A DNA stretch of 56,373 nt, from contig CAZYWG010000012.1 in the NCBI GenBank assembly GCA_964651815.1, forward strand, positions 1 through 56,373, given 5' to 3'. Of this stretch, positions 27,003-36,606 are shown piece by piece. Numbering within the stretch: position 1 is the stretch's first letter; each line of letters opens with the position of its first letter. The notes below the pieces were generated by a model. The model was not told the origin of the DNA. It did no database searches and saw nothing but the letters and a program-made list of their open reading frames with translations. This stretch comes from an uncultured Gammaproteobacteria bacterium. Its GTDB lineage: Bacteria > Patescibacteriota > Microgenomatia > Levybacterales > GWA1-39-11. The position numbers were made by a program, and so were the translations under genes.

Positions 27003-27881
27003 TTAACGTGCATTCTGTGAGCCACTTTCTGGCTGAGCCATAAATTTTCTGATTATATTATTATACAAATTCACGTCTGTTGAAGCGTAGAATGTTACGG
27101 GATTATTTTCGCTGGGGGAAGCCAATTTATTGTATTCCGTAAGGTCAAGCGTCTTCCCGGAGTTTTTAACTTCTTGCACCCAAGTGTCAAAATCTGCTTG
27201 CGAACTCGCGCGTGCCATGAACTTCATACCGGAAAATCCGGGACCATTAATTTCCGCGGCCGAACCTCTAAAATCTCCCGGCAAATCTGCAATAAGGTGG
27301 AGCTTTGATTCCATTCCTGTCATAGCATAGATCTGTCCGCCAAGGTTTGGAATCCAAAAAGAGCTCATGGGCGCATCAGCCGTCAATTCAAAATTGATTG
27401 GAGTTTGCGCGGGGAACTGAATAAAATTCACAGTTGCAATATTTTGCTCAGGATATATAAAAAGCCATTTCCACCTAAGAGCTACCACTTGTATTGTGAC
27501 GGGCTTGGAAGCAACATCGAGTGTTTTGTAAGGGTCAAGCGCATGAGTAGCTCTCCAATTAACAACACCGAGAATTAGAATGATTGCCGTAGGAAGTGCC
27601 CACCACGCAAATTCTAAGAATTTGTTGTGAACCGAATCGGGTGTATATTTTGATCCTGAATTCCCTTCTCTATATTTCCAAGCAACAAAGAAAGTCAAAA
27701 TTAATACGGGAATTATTACGCTAAGTCCTAAAAGGACGGTAAAACTTATTAATTCTCGTTCTTTTAGCGCAATCTCTCCTTTTGAATTGAACAAAGCTAT
27801 ATTATGTCCGTGCAACAATAACCACAAGAAAATAATCACATCAAACGCCAGAAAAATAAAAATAACAAGTTTCGATTTCAT
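27003..27881 (-). CDS. cyoA: Cytochrome o ubiquinol oxidase subunit II
   Basis: IQVVALRWKWLFIYPEQ, SFWIPNLGGQIYAMTGM; no CuA ligands; SAAEINGPGFSGMKF. Confidence 0.95.
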   Translation of the reverse strand: MKSKLVIFIFLAFDVIIFLWLLLHGHNIALFNSKGEIALKERELISFTVLLGLSVIIPVLILTFFVAWKYREGNSGSKYTPDSVHNKFLEFAWWALPTAIILILGVVNWRATHALDPYKTLDVASKPVTIQVVALRWKWLFIYPEQNIATVNFIQFPAQTPINFELTADAPMSSFWIPNLGGQIYAMTGMESKLHLIADLPGDFRGSAAEINGPGFSGMKFMARASSQADFDTWVQEVKNSGKTLDLTEYNKLASPSENNPVTFYASTDVNLYNNIIRKFMAQPESGSQNAR

Positions 27882-27964
27882 TCTTTCACGAGCCTTATTA
27901 TCATACCACTTTCAACTTTTTTCTATATTGTTTTATGGTTGAAAAAATAGTATATAATTATTTA

Positions 27965-28222
27965 ATGGTAATTCTTCTTCACATAATTATTGCGCTTTCA
28001 AGTGTAGCCTTCACCACATATGTATTTTTTCGTCCCTCAAAAACCAAGTTAAATATATCTTACTTTTTAGTTACACTTACAATAATCAGTGGTTCTTACT
28101 TAATAATAAGTAAACCAGCCCACATGGTACAATCCTGCGCTGAAGGTTTGATTTATATAGGCGTTGTCACAGTTGGAATAATTGCCGCGCGGAATAAACT
28201 TGCACACATATCAAACGGGTAA
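27965..28222 (+). CDS. Small 3-TM membrane protein divergent from cyoA (alternative start 27935)
   Basis: Three hydrophobic segments; His at the start of the first helix. Confidence 0.7.
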   Translation: MVILLHIIIALSSVAFTTYVFFRPSKTKLNISYFLVTLTIISGSYLIISKPAHMVQSCAEGLIYIGVVTVGIIAARNKLAHISNG

Positions 28223-28252
28223 AACTTCTCTCCTTTATAATTCGAGTAGCGA

Positions 28253-28621
28253 TTAAGGCTTAACTAATTCTTTTATCAAATCGGCAAATTTTTCCGGCTC
28301 AAAATCGGACTTAATTATATATTTTACTGCCCCTTTTGACAGCGCAGTCTCCGCGTCTTTTTCGCTTGATAAATTTGTGAGGATTACAACCGGAATTGTC
28401 TTAGTTTGCTCATCTGATTTTAAATGATCCAAGACTTCCAACCCATTCATTTTTGGCATCATAATGTCAAGTAAAATCAGCGCGGGCATTAGTGTTTTTG
28501 CAAGTGTCAAACCCTCTTCCCCGTCTTTTGCAAGCTCGAGCTCATATCCAACCCCTGCAAGAATATTTTGATACATTCTCGCCATCATGGGATCATCTTC
28601 AACTATCAGTATTTTTGCCAT
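28253..28621 (-). CDS. Single-domain response regulator (receiver)
   Basis: ILIVEDD, LLDIMMPKMNG, VVILTN, YIIKS. Confidence 0.95.
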   Translation of the reverse strand: MAKILIVEDDPMMARMYQNILAGVGYELELAKDGEEGLTLAKTLMPALILLDIMMPKMNGLEVLDHLKSDEQTKTIPVVILTNLSSEKDAETALSKGAVKYIIKSDFEPEKFADLIKELVKP

Positions 28622-28642
28622 ATAATTAGTCTGATTCGAACC

Positions 28643-29674
28643 CTAATCCGAACCTCCTATATCCATCATACTCTCTCTATTATTTAATTTATCAACATAT
28701 GTCTTGTTTACTTCCGTAAGCTCCGTGTTTTTGACGGCCAGTTCTTCACTTCCAAGCTCAAGATCTATGTTATTTATCCGCAGCTCCTCCTTCATTGCAA
28801 ACCTTTCCAATTCAAATTTATACAACAGCTTGATGTTTAACCAAGAAAGTACTGTTGATAGAAACACAATTAGTATTGCAAATATAGCAACTGCTTCATA
28901 TGGATTATATAAACCTACCCTAAGACCCATCAAACCAATGAGTCCCACAACTGGAGTAAACACGACATAAATTACAAGAAGCCGCAGCGCAAATATGCTG
29001 CTTACCGTGTCTATAGTAAACATACCTATAAATCCCCTATTTGGCCACCGTAACCAAATTGCATGCCCTGCAACTATAAACATGATTGCCAAAGTTAGCG
29101 GCATATTACCAATGTAAACGTGCGAATTAGGCGATAAAAGTTGATAAACATAATTTAAGATGGTCATCATATTTATTACAACAATCGCAAGAATTAGTAA
29201 ATGAACCACGTGGAAACGGTGACTTGCTTTTATGCGCGGCAAAAGTAAAGCAACTCCAAATAGAGAAAAGTCTATGCCGCTGCTCAAAAACGTCTGCTTC
29301 TCACCCATCAAGCCAACAATTTGAGCAATACCAAACGCGAGTATTAAAGTTGCACAAAATATTGATGCAAGTGTAAAGACGGGCCTGAGACGGTCCGGGG
29401 AATTATTCCCGATTTGCGAAAAGGCAAGTTTCTCCTCCAATAGTAAACACGTCCCAATTAATATCAACGCAACAGATATTAACGGATCAATGTTTCTTGA
29501 GAAAAAAAAGAAATTTTTAAAGATCGCAATATTTAATACCCAACCAAACATGACTATTCCTACAATCCCAATGATCAAAATGCCTAATATGAAAGAGGTT
29601 TTTCTTAACATCAAGATGAGCTTTTTGTTCTCCGGCAAATGAAGGCTTGAGAATGAATATTTTGTATCAGGCAT
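28643..29674 (-). CDS. Polytopic membrane protein resembling the input domain of sensor kinases, with no kinase core
   Basis: About 8 TM helices and a short C-terminal coiled coil; no H-box or G-boxes; adjacent to the receiver gene. Confidence 0.6.
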   Translation of the reverse strand: MPDTKYSFSSLHLPENKKLILMLRKTSFILGILIIGIVGIVMFGWVLNIAIFKNFFFFSRNIDPLISVALILIGTCLLLEEKLAFSQIGNNSPDRLRPVFTLASIFCATLILAFGIAQIVGLMGEKQTFLSSGIDFSLFGVALLLPRIKASHRFHVVHLLILAIVVINMMTILNYVYQLLSPNSHVYIGNMPLTLAIMFIVAGHAIWLRWPNRGFIGMFTIDTVSSIFALRLLVIYVVFTPVVGLIGLMGLRVGLYNPYEAVAIFAILIVFLSTVLSWLNIKLLYKFELERFAMKEELRINNIDLELGSEELAVKNTELTEVNKTYVDKLNNRESMMDIGGSD

Positions 29675-29776
29675 TAATTTAAGTATACTACTATTAAAGT
29701 ACCGAAAAAATCGACCGAAAAAATTGTCAAAAAAGTAAAAAATTAAGGGGTTAAGAAAACATTAAAACAAAATGCG

Positions 29777-30460
29777 CTAAGAATTACTAGCTGCTTGCGG
29801 AAGAAAGAATGCAATCTGACGGCTATGATGCCATTTCTCGCCAGGACTCTCCCAAACGTCACCGAGCCACAACCCATCAACAAAGCGATCGACGTAGAAT
29901 ATGACTGGACCACCATTACGGTCAGCCATAGGTTTCATATTCATCCAAATTGCCTCACCAACTTTTAGCTCACCTCCGTGTTGAAGTAAAATTTGATGCG
30001 CTGTCTCTGTGTAAACAGGCTCTAATCCCTTTTCATCACGAGCTTGGTCAATTTCTTCTGTTGTTGCAAATCTTCCTCTTGAATCTGGAACCAAAATGTC
30101 AACTGGTACAACTACAACTTCTCTTATGTGAGGATCAGGTTGTAAGGTGAATTCTGGACTCTCTGAAATAAGTGCTACATTTAAACCAACACCAGCACTC
30201 AAATTTTTGACTGCACCCAAAAGTTCTTGTTTTGACCGTCCACCATGTACAAGTGGCCAGTGGTGGGTGATGTTGCCTTCGAGTGTAAGAGGTAGTTCTG
30301 CTGGGTCTGGAGCAAATCTTTCAGGTAACAACGGGCCTCTTAAAGGAAAGTCTTTAAGCCCTGTTCTTCTTTGAAGTTCGGCTTGCAACTCTGCCTGTCT
30401 GCGAGCTAAATCCTGAAAACCAAATTGTCTGAGACCTGCCCCGGCCCGTTCCATTGTCAT
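29777..30460 (-). CDS. Hypothetical protein
   Basis: 227-aa ORF with a Trp-rich C-terminus (GLWLGDVWESPGEKW). Confidence 0.7.
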   Translation of the reverse strand: MTMERAGAGLRQFGFQDLARRQAELQAELQRRTGLKDFPLRGPLLPERFAPDPAELPLTLEGNITHHWPLVHGGRSKQELLGAVKNLSAGVGLNVALISESPEFTLQPDPHIREVVVVPVDILVPDSRGRFATTEEIDQARDEKGLEPVYTETAHQILLQHGGELKVGEAIWMNMKPMADRNGGPVIFYVDRFVDGLWLGDVWESPGEKWHHSRQIAFFLPQAASNS

Positions 30461-30659
30461 GACCCGAGCATTTTATACTGCTATAGGGCAACTGTCAACC
30501 CGATTTGCCCAATTACATGGGGTCAAGAATTCGTCAATTTACTGCAATTATTTGTTTGTTTGATACGTTTATAGGAATTTGGATATTGACTTTAATTTGA
30601 CAATTTAGTTGACTTAATTATGAGGGGTTTTCCCCGCTTTTTTCTGTGTGTGATCAACA

Positions 30660-32477
30660 ATGATTAAATTTCTTGGAACTGCCCAAAAAGAAGATAAATC
30701 TTTGCTATTTTACAATAATAAAGATGGTGAACTCGACAAGCTGAAAGTTGTTGATAGTCAGGACGGATTTGAATTCGGAGAAGAAGATAGGTATGTAATA
30801 GTAACAGATGACAAGGATAAACAGGAGAAAAATTATAACTGGAAAAGTTTTAGAATTTCAAAACAAGAAGATAAATACTTTCTCACATACAAACTAGACG
30901 GTAAAAAAAATTCACCACTTTTAGGCGCAATATCCACGGATTTAGTTAATTTTCAAAAAACAGGGGAAGTTGACCATATTACAGAAACAGGAAGCGTTGT
31001 CCCTGATTTCATTCATAGACAAAACTATTTGATGTACTTTGGGGAAACAAACATTAAAATAGCGTACTCCCCCTTCTTATATAACTGGAAGACATTAGAA
31101 AAACCGGTTCTTGAATCCCGGAAAAATTCATTTGATGAAGGCAATCTTGAGGTTGGAAACGCGTTTAAAAGAAGTGAAGGAATATTACTGACTTATTATG
31201 TTAAAGGAAAATCCGGCACGTATTCTGTTGGAGCTGCAATTTTTGATGAAAAAGAGCCTTCTGAGCTTTTATGGAGGGCTGAAGCGCCTATTTGGGAATT
31301 TTCTGAAGAATACCAATATGCAAAAATTCAGCCATTAGGCTCAGTTATTATTCGCGACGAACTTGTGTTGTACTGGCTTGTTGATGACGCGAGTATTCTT
31401 GCAGTTTCTACTAAAATTCCGGATACCCAAACTCGTCCGGAAACCAAAGTTTTTTCAACCTCGTTTAAAAAAACAGAAAAAAACCCTATCATTTCACCTA
31501 TCCCAAACCATCCGTGGGAATCAAGAGCCACTTTCAATAGCGCCGCAATTTACGCTGACGGCCGCGTCCACTTTATTTATAGAGCACTTGGAGATAGCGA
31601 CTTGTCTGTTTTTGGTTATGCAACAAGTGCCGACGGCATTCATATTGATGAAAGGCTCAACCAACCAATTTATATTCCCCGCGAACCTTTTGAAACGCCC
31701 GGTCAGCAAGTATTTAAAACATTTGCAGACCATTTTGCTTCCGGAGGCGGCTATGGAGGAGTTGAAGACCCTCGTATTACAAAAATTGATAACAAATTAT
31801 TTATGACATATGTTGCGTTTGACGGGGCAAATCCTCCAAGAGTCGCGCTGACTTCAATTTCATATGATGATTTTTTGAATAGAAGGTGGGAAAAGTGGGA
31901 AAAACCCAAATTAATCTCAGCACCCGGAATGGTGAACAAAAATGCAATTATTTTCCCAGAAAAAGTAAAAGGTAAGTATGTGGTTTTTCACCGAATTTAT
32001 CCGAACATTTTAGTTGACTACGTTGATGACCTTTCATTTGAAAATACACATCTCCAAGGACAATATTTTATTCCACCAAGAAAAAAGTATTGGGACAGCA
32101 AAAAAATTGGAGCCGGCGCGCCTCCTATCAAAACTGAGGATGGATGGTTGTTTATTTACCAAGCCGTAGGGCATCAGGAGCCGCACAAATATAAAATAGG
32201 TGCTATGCTTCTTGATTTGGAAAATCCCACAAAAGTTTTATTCAGGACAAATTCCCCAATTATTGAACCTGTTGAAAACTATGAAAATGACGGCTTTAAA
32301 GCGGGCGTTGTGTATCCATGCGGCGCGGTAGCCGTAAAAGACAACCTACACGTTTATTATGGAGGTGCTGATACTGTTGTTTGCGCGGCAACCGCAGACC
32401 TACCAAATTTTTTGAAAGATATGAAACGCAATAAAGAACCTAAAATGAAAATGGTAAAAAGTAATTTGTTTAATTAA
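30660..32477 (+). CDS. GH130-family glycosidase/phosphorylase-like protein (degenerate N-terminal propeller plus an intact domain)
   Basis: FNSAA, GVEDPRI, KIGAGAPP, GVVYPCG in the C-terminal domain. Confidence 0.85.
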   Translation: MIKFLGTAQKEDKSLLFYNNKDGELDKLKVVDSQDGFEFGEEDRYVIVTDDKDKQEKNYNWKSFRISKQEDKYFLTYKLDGKKNSPLLGAISTDLVNFQKTGEVDHITETGSVVPDFIHRQNYLMYFGETNIKIAYSPFLYNWKTLEKPVLESRKNSFDEGNLEVGNAFKRSEGILLTYYVKGKSGTYSVGAAIFDEKEPSELLWRAEAPIWEFSEEYQYAKIQPLGSVIIRDELVLYWLVDDASILAVSTKIPDTQTRPETKVFSTSFKKTEKNPIISPIPNHPWESRATFNSAAIYADGRVHFIYRALGDSDLSVFGYATSADGIHIDERLNQPIYIPREPFETPGQQVFKTFADHFASGGGYGGVEDPRITKIDNKLFMTYVAFDGANPPRVALTSISYDDFLNRRWEKWEKPKLISAPGMVNKNAIIFPEKVKGKYVVFHRIYPNILVDYVDDLSFENTHLQGQYFIPPRKKYWDSKKIGAGAPPIKTEDGWLFIYQAVGHQEPHKYKIGAMLLDLENPTKVLFRTNSPIIEPVENYENDGFKAGVVYPCGAVAVKDNLHVYYGGADTVVCAATADLPNFLKDMKRNKEPKMKMVKSNLFN

Positions 32478-32520
32478 ATACTTGCGCGATAATTAAATTT
32501 TGCTTTAAAGTGAACAAAAC

Positions 32521-34452
32521 ATGGCAACTCTCAAACGCGTTCCTGAAAATCCAATTTTGACACCCCGCGCCGATCATGAGTGGGAACACGACGGAGCATT
32601 CAACGGCTGTGTAGTTTTTGTAAATGGCACATACCACATGGTTTACCGCGCCCTTTCTTCCCCAAAACAACAACATGGCGTCACTATGCAGGTTTCGTCC
32701 ATTGGATACGCAAAAAGCACTGACGGAATTCACTTTACAGACCACAGACAATTAATTGCGCCTACTGAAGACTGGGAAATCTATGGATGTGAAGACCCAA
32801 GGATTACCCATGTCGACGGAAAATTTTATATTTTTTATACTGCCCTCTCAACTTACCCTTTTTCAGCATTCGGCATTAAACTTGCTGTTGCTATAACGCG
32901 CGACTTTGAAACGTTTGAAAAACATCCTGTTACAACGTTTAATTCCAAAGCAATGGGATTATTTCCCGATAAAGTTAACGGTAAAACCGCAGCACTTCTC
33001 ACAATTAATACCGATTTGCCACCTGCCAAAATTGCTTTCGCGGAATTTGATAACGAAAAAGATATGTGGTCGCCTACCTACTGGACTGAATGGTATGACC
33101 ATGCAAACGACCATATTATTCATTTGCTTCGGGATATTCGTGACCAGGTAGAACTTGGCGCACCTCCTATTAAAACCGCACTTGGTTGGTTAATTATTTA
33201 CTCTTACATTAAAAATTATATGTCTTCCGAAAAAAAATTTGGTATTGAAGCGGTTTTATTGGATTTTGACAATCCGCTCAAAATAATTGGGAGGACGCAA
33301 CTTCCGCTTCTTATTCCGGAAGAAAAATATGAGTTTGAAGGGAATGTGAGAAATGTAATTTTCCCATCAGGCGCGCTAGTACATGATGAAATACTTTTTG
33401 TGTATTATGGTGCGGCTGACACAAACTGTGCTGTTGCAACTTGTCATATAAATTCTCTACTCGACCAAATTAAACCGGTTGATACGTCGAGCGTTATTTC
33501 AGCACCTAAATTAAGAAAATTCAATAGGTATGAAGAAAATCCAATTATTGTACCTGCAGTTGAACTTGCCTGGCAACAAAATGGGACATTCAACCCCGCC
33601 GCAATTTATGAAGATGGAAAGGTCCATATTATTTACCGCGCACAGGCGTCCGACGGGACATCTGTTTTTGGATATGCAAATAGCCGCGACGGCTTGCATA
33701 TTGATGAGAATTTAAATTCTCCAATCTATGTCCCACGGGAAAAATTTGAAATAAAGTCTGCCCCAAATGGTAATTCTGGGTGTGAAGATCCACGTATCTC
33801 AAAAATTGGGGATAGGTTTTACATGACTTACACGGCGTATGACGGCGTAAACCCTCCAAGGGTTGCGCTAACTTCAATTTCAGTGAGCGATTTCCTTAAA
33901 AAAAATTGGAATTGGGAAAAACCTAAACTTATCTCGGCCCCCGGGGTTGATGATAAAGACGCGTGTATTGTAAAAAAGGTTGTTGGAGAAGGTTACGTTG
34001 CTTTTCACCGTCTTGGTAGTGTTATATGGCTTGATTTTTTGAGGGATTTAGAATTCCCTGAGAAAAAATATCTGACCGGAGGAATAATAGCCCAAGCAAG
34101 GCCTAACAAATGGGATAATCTTAAAATTGGTCTCGGCGCGCCTCCTATTGAAACGGAAAAAGGGTGGATATTGCTTTATCATGGGGTCTCTTCCCCCGGC
34201 AATGTTTATAAAGTTGGCGCGATGCTCCTTGATTACAATGACCCAAGAAAAGTGTTGGCAAGAACGGACGAACCAATACTTGAACCGGAAAAAACTTATG
34301 AACTACAGGGCGTAATACCCAATGTTGTTTTTCCCTGCGGAGCGGTTGTCATTGATAATATAATTTATCTATACTACGGTGGTGGGGATTACGTCATTGG
34401 AGTTGCAACTATGTCGCAGGATGCGCTTATTGACACCCTCTTGGGAAATTAA
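32521..34452 (+). CDS. GH130-family protein with two catalytic-type domains
   Basis: Two GCEDPRI motifs, two ELG/GLGAPP motifs, NVIFPSG and NVVFPCG. Confidence 0.88.
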   Translation: MATLKRVPENPILTPRADHEWEHDGAFNGCVVFVNGTYHMVYRALSSPKQQHGVTMQVSSIGYAKSTDGIHFTDHRQLIAPTEDWEIYGCEDPRITHVDGKFYIFYTALSTYPFSAFGIKLAVAITRDFETFEKHPVTTFNSKAMGLFPDKVNGKTAALLTINTDLPPAKIAFAEFDNEKDMWSPTYWTEWYDHANDHIIHLLRDIRDQVELGAPPIKTALGWLIIYSYIKNYMSSEKKFGIEAVLLDFDNPLKIIGRTQLPLLIPEEKYEFEGNVRNVIFPSGALVHDEILFVYYGAADTNCAVATCHINSLLDQIKPVDTSSVISAPKLRKFNRYEENPIIVPAVELAWQQNGTFNPAAIYEDGKVHIIYRAQASDGTSVFGYANSRDGLHIDENLNSPIYVPREKFEIKSAPNGNSGCEDPRISKIGDRFYMTYTAYDGVNPPRVALTSISVSDFLKKNWNWEKPKLISAPGVDDKDACIVKKVVGEGYVAFHRLGSVIWLDFLRDLEFPEKKYLTGGIIAQARPNKWDNLKIGLGAPPIETEKGWILLYHGVSSPGNVYKVGAMLLDYNDPRKVLARTDEPILEPEKTYELQGVIPNVVFPCGAVVIDNIIYLYYGGGDYVIGVATMSQDALIDTLLGN

Positions 34453-34555
34453 CTTCATTATTACCGTCTGCCACGCCTTTTTTGTAAAATAAAATCGACC
34501 GATTATTATCTGACAATATGACAAAAAATGTAATTTGTGAAATAATTAAAACCCT

Positions 34556-35389
34556 ATGTCTCCAATTCTGAAAATATTTACTAATATTCTATTATGTCCG
34601 AGAAAAACCCTAGTCCTTCTTTTATTTTTTTTACTACTTATTTTTTCCGCTAAAACATCTTTTGCGCAAACTACAGATCCATCCGTTGAGGGCGCAGCAA
34701 CTCTTGGGGTTGCCCACACTGTTGCAACAAACATAAAAAATTTAAAAGACGGCAGCGTTTTATCTGCCGGTTTACATGGCGCAATACTTTCAATTACGCC
34801 TTACGACCCACAAGTAGTTGGAGTTGTTGCAAGAGACGCCGGAATGATCTTTAACACCGGAAACACTTATAACAGCGTTCCGGTAATTTCTGTTGGAACC
34901 GTGTATATTTTGGTATCTTCCCAACAGGGAAATATTAAAAAAGGTGACTTACTTACCACTTCAACAATTGCAGGAGTTGCTGTTAAAGCAGTTAACTCTG
35001 GTTACGTCTTGGGCACGGCACTTGAGGATTATGCTAATTCCAATCCTAAAAAAACAGATAAAATTGCTATAAATCTTGATTTGCAATATTTTAATTCCAA
35101 ACCTACTTTAATTGGTACATTAACCGATATTTTCAAAATTGCGCTTCTGCCAACCAAAGATTCGCCAACTCCCATTTTCAAATACTTTTTTGCAGCTATT
35201 GTTGTTATAGGATCATTTGTTTTAGGGTTTTTAAGTTTTGGGAGGACTGCCGCCAAAGGTGTTGAAGCGTTAGGTAGAAACCCCGCGGCTAGTAAAATTA
35301 TTCATCTCGGAATTATATTCAATGTAGGCATAGTTGTAGCGATAGTTTTTGCGGGTTTAACGGTAGCATTTTTGATCCTAAGATTGTAA
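34556..35389 (+). CDS. Signal peptide + exported beta domain + C-terminal ATP synthase subunit c-like hairpin
   Basis: Signal peptide ending SFA-Q; C-terminus AAKGVEALGRNPAASKII matches the c-subunit polar loop (E-A/G-x-x-R-[QN]-P) between two TM helices; first gene of the atp cluster. Confidence 0.7.
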   Translation: MSPILKIFTNILLCPRKTLVLLLFFLLLIFSAKTSFAQTTDPSVEGAATLGVAHTVATNIKNLKDGSVLSAGLHGAILSITPYDPQVVGVVARDAGMIFNTGNTYNSVPVISVGTVYILVSSQQGNIKKGDLLTTSTIAGVAVKAVNSGYVLGTALEDYANSNPKKTDKIAINLDLQYFNSKPTLIGTLTDIFKIALLPTKDSPTPIFKYFFAAIVVIGSFVLGFLSFGRTAAKGVEALGRNPAASKIIHLGIIFNVGIVVAIVFAGLTVAFLILRL

Positions 35390-35401
35390 GATATATTATA
35401 T

Positions 35402-36040
35402 ATGCTGCCTAATCTGTTTATTCAATACGTTACTCTTGTAGCTGATTTTTTTATCTTTATCTCCATTGGATACTATTTTCTAAAATTTCGTTCCCGGGAA
35501 AATGACCTCGAAAAAAAAGAGGGAAAAATTGACACTAACTACCACCAAGTTGTTGATAATGCATTGACTCGCGAAAGGAAAATTCTTGAAGACGCGACTA
35601 GTGAGGCCGATCAAATTATCACAGACGCACACTATGTGAGTGAAACGGCAAAAGAAGCAATTAACAAGGCTTTACAGGACATTGTGACATCTATTCAGCA
35701 AGAGACAGGTACCACAGCCCAAACCTTTATGAATAGCTACCAAGAAACGTTAAAACAACTTGCCGCCCAATCCCTCGACCAGTTTCACAACGTAAACATA
35801 AAGCTTGAGGAGGATTTACAAAACCAAGTTAAATTAATTCATGAAACGCTGCTTCCAAAACTTGAGAAAGATCTTGAAGAATATAAACAAACTAGACTTC
35901 AGCAGACCGAACAAATGATTATCATGATTGTCCAAAAAGCGTCACAGGAAATTCTCAACAAGTCTATTTCTCTTGAAGACCATCATAAATTGTTAATTGA
36001 ATCGCTTGAAAGGGCCAAAAAAGAAGGGATATTTGTTTAA
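35402..36040 (+). CDS. atpF: ATP synthase subunit b-like protein
   Basis: N-terminal TM, long coiled coil, C-terminal EILNKSISLEDHHKLLIESL; position in the operon. Confidence 0.65.
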   Translation: MLPNLFIQYVTLVADFFIFISIGYYFLKFRSRENDLEKKEGKIDTNYHQVVDNALTRERKILEDATSEADQIITDAHYVSETAKEAINKALQDIVTSIQQETGTTAQTFMNSYQETLKQLAAQSLDQFHNVNIKLEEDLQNQVKLIHETLLPKLEKDLEEYKQTRLQQTEQMIIMIVQKASQEILNKSISLEDHHKLLIESLERAKKEGIFV

Positions 36041-36041
36041 T

Positions 36042-36599
36042 ATGGAACAACTTGACCTATCTGATTTTTTTAAAACAAAAGAAGAGGCAATTGATTTTTC
36101 AACTCGTCTTACTAACGTTTCCGAAAAGATTTTTGAGATGGATTTTAATGTAGAGAAAGCAATTTCTGATCAAGTTGGGATTCAAAAAAAGGACAAATTC
36201 ATAACTCTTTTGCGAAACAATAATATTAGTCTTGATTCTCACGCTTCTGTGAAAGAATTCTTTGATAAAGTTTTGCAAAAAATTTCAAATCTACCTGTTG
36301 TTTCTTTAACCGTAGCGTTTATTCCAAAAGATGAAACCCTAAGGGTGTTATCCGAATGGTTTCAAACGTCGTTTGCCAAGCAAGTATTGTTCGATATTAA
36401 AGTTGACGAGACGCTTATTGCGGGCGCGCTTGTTTCTGTAGGCGGCAAATACATGGATTTTTCAATAAAACCCAAATTTAATGAAATTTTTCAAACTGCT
36501 TTAACTAGTGCTTCTCAACCTAAAATACCCGATAAGGAAACGCCCACGCTACCTGTGGACGACCGCCAAAGTATTGAAAATATTTCTTTTGGTAGATAA
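36042..36599 (+). CDS. atpH: ATP synthase delta-like subunit (start ATG 36042)
   Basis: DIKVDETLIAGALVSVGGKYMDFSI matches the delta C-terminal domain. Confidence 0.75.
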   Translation: MEQLDLSDFFKTKEEAIDFSTRLTNVSEKIFEMDFNVEKAISDQVGIQKKDKFITLLRNNNISLDSHASVKEFFDKVLQKISNLPVVSLTVAFIPKDETLRVLSEWFQTSFAKQVLFDIKVDETLIAGALVSVGGKYMDFSIKPKFNEIFQTALTSASQPKIPDKETPTLPVDDRQSIENISFGR

Positions 36600-36606
36600 A
36601 TAATTT

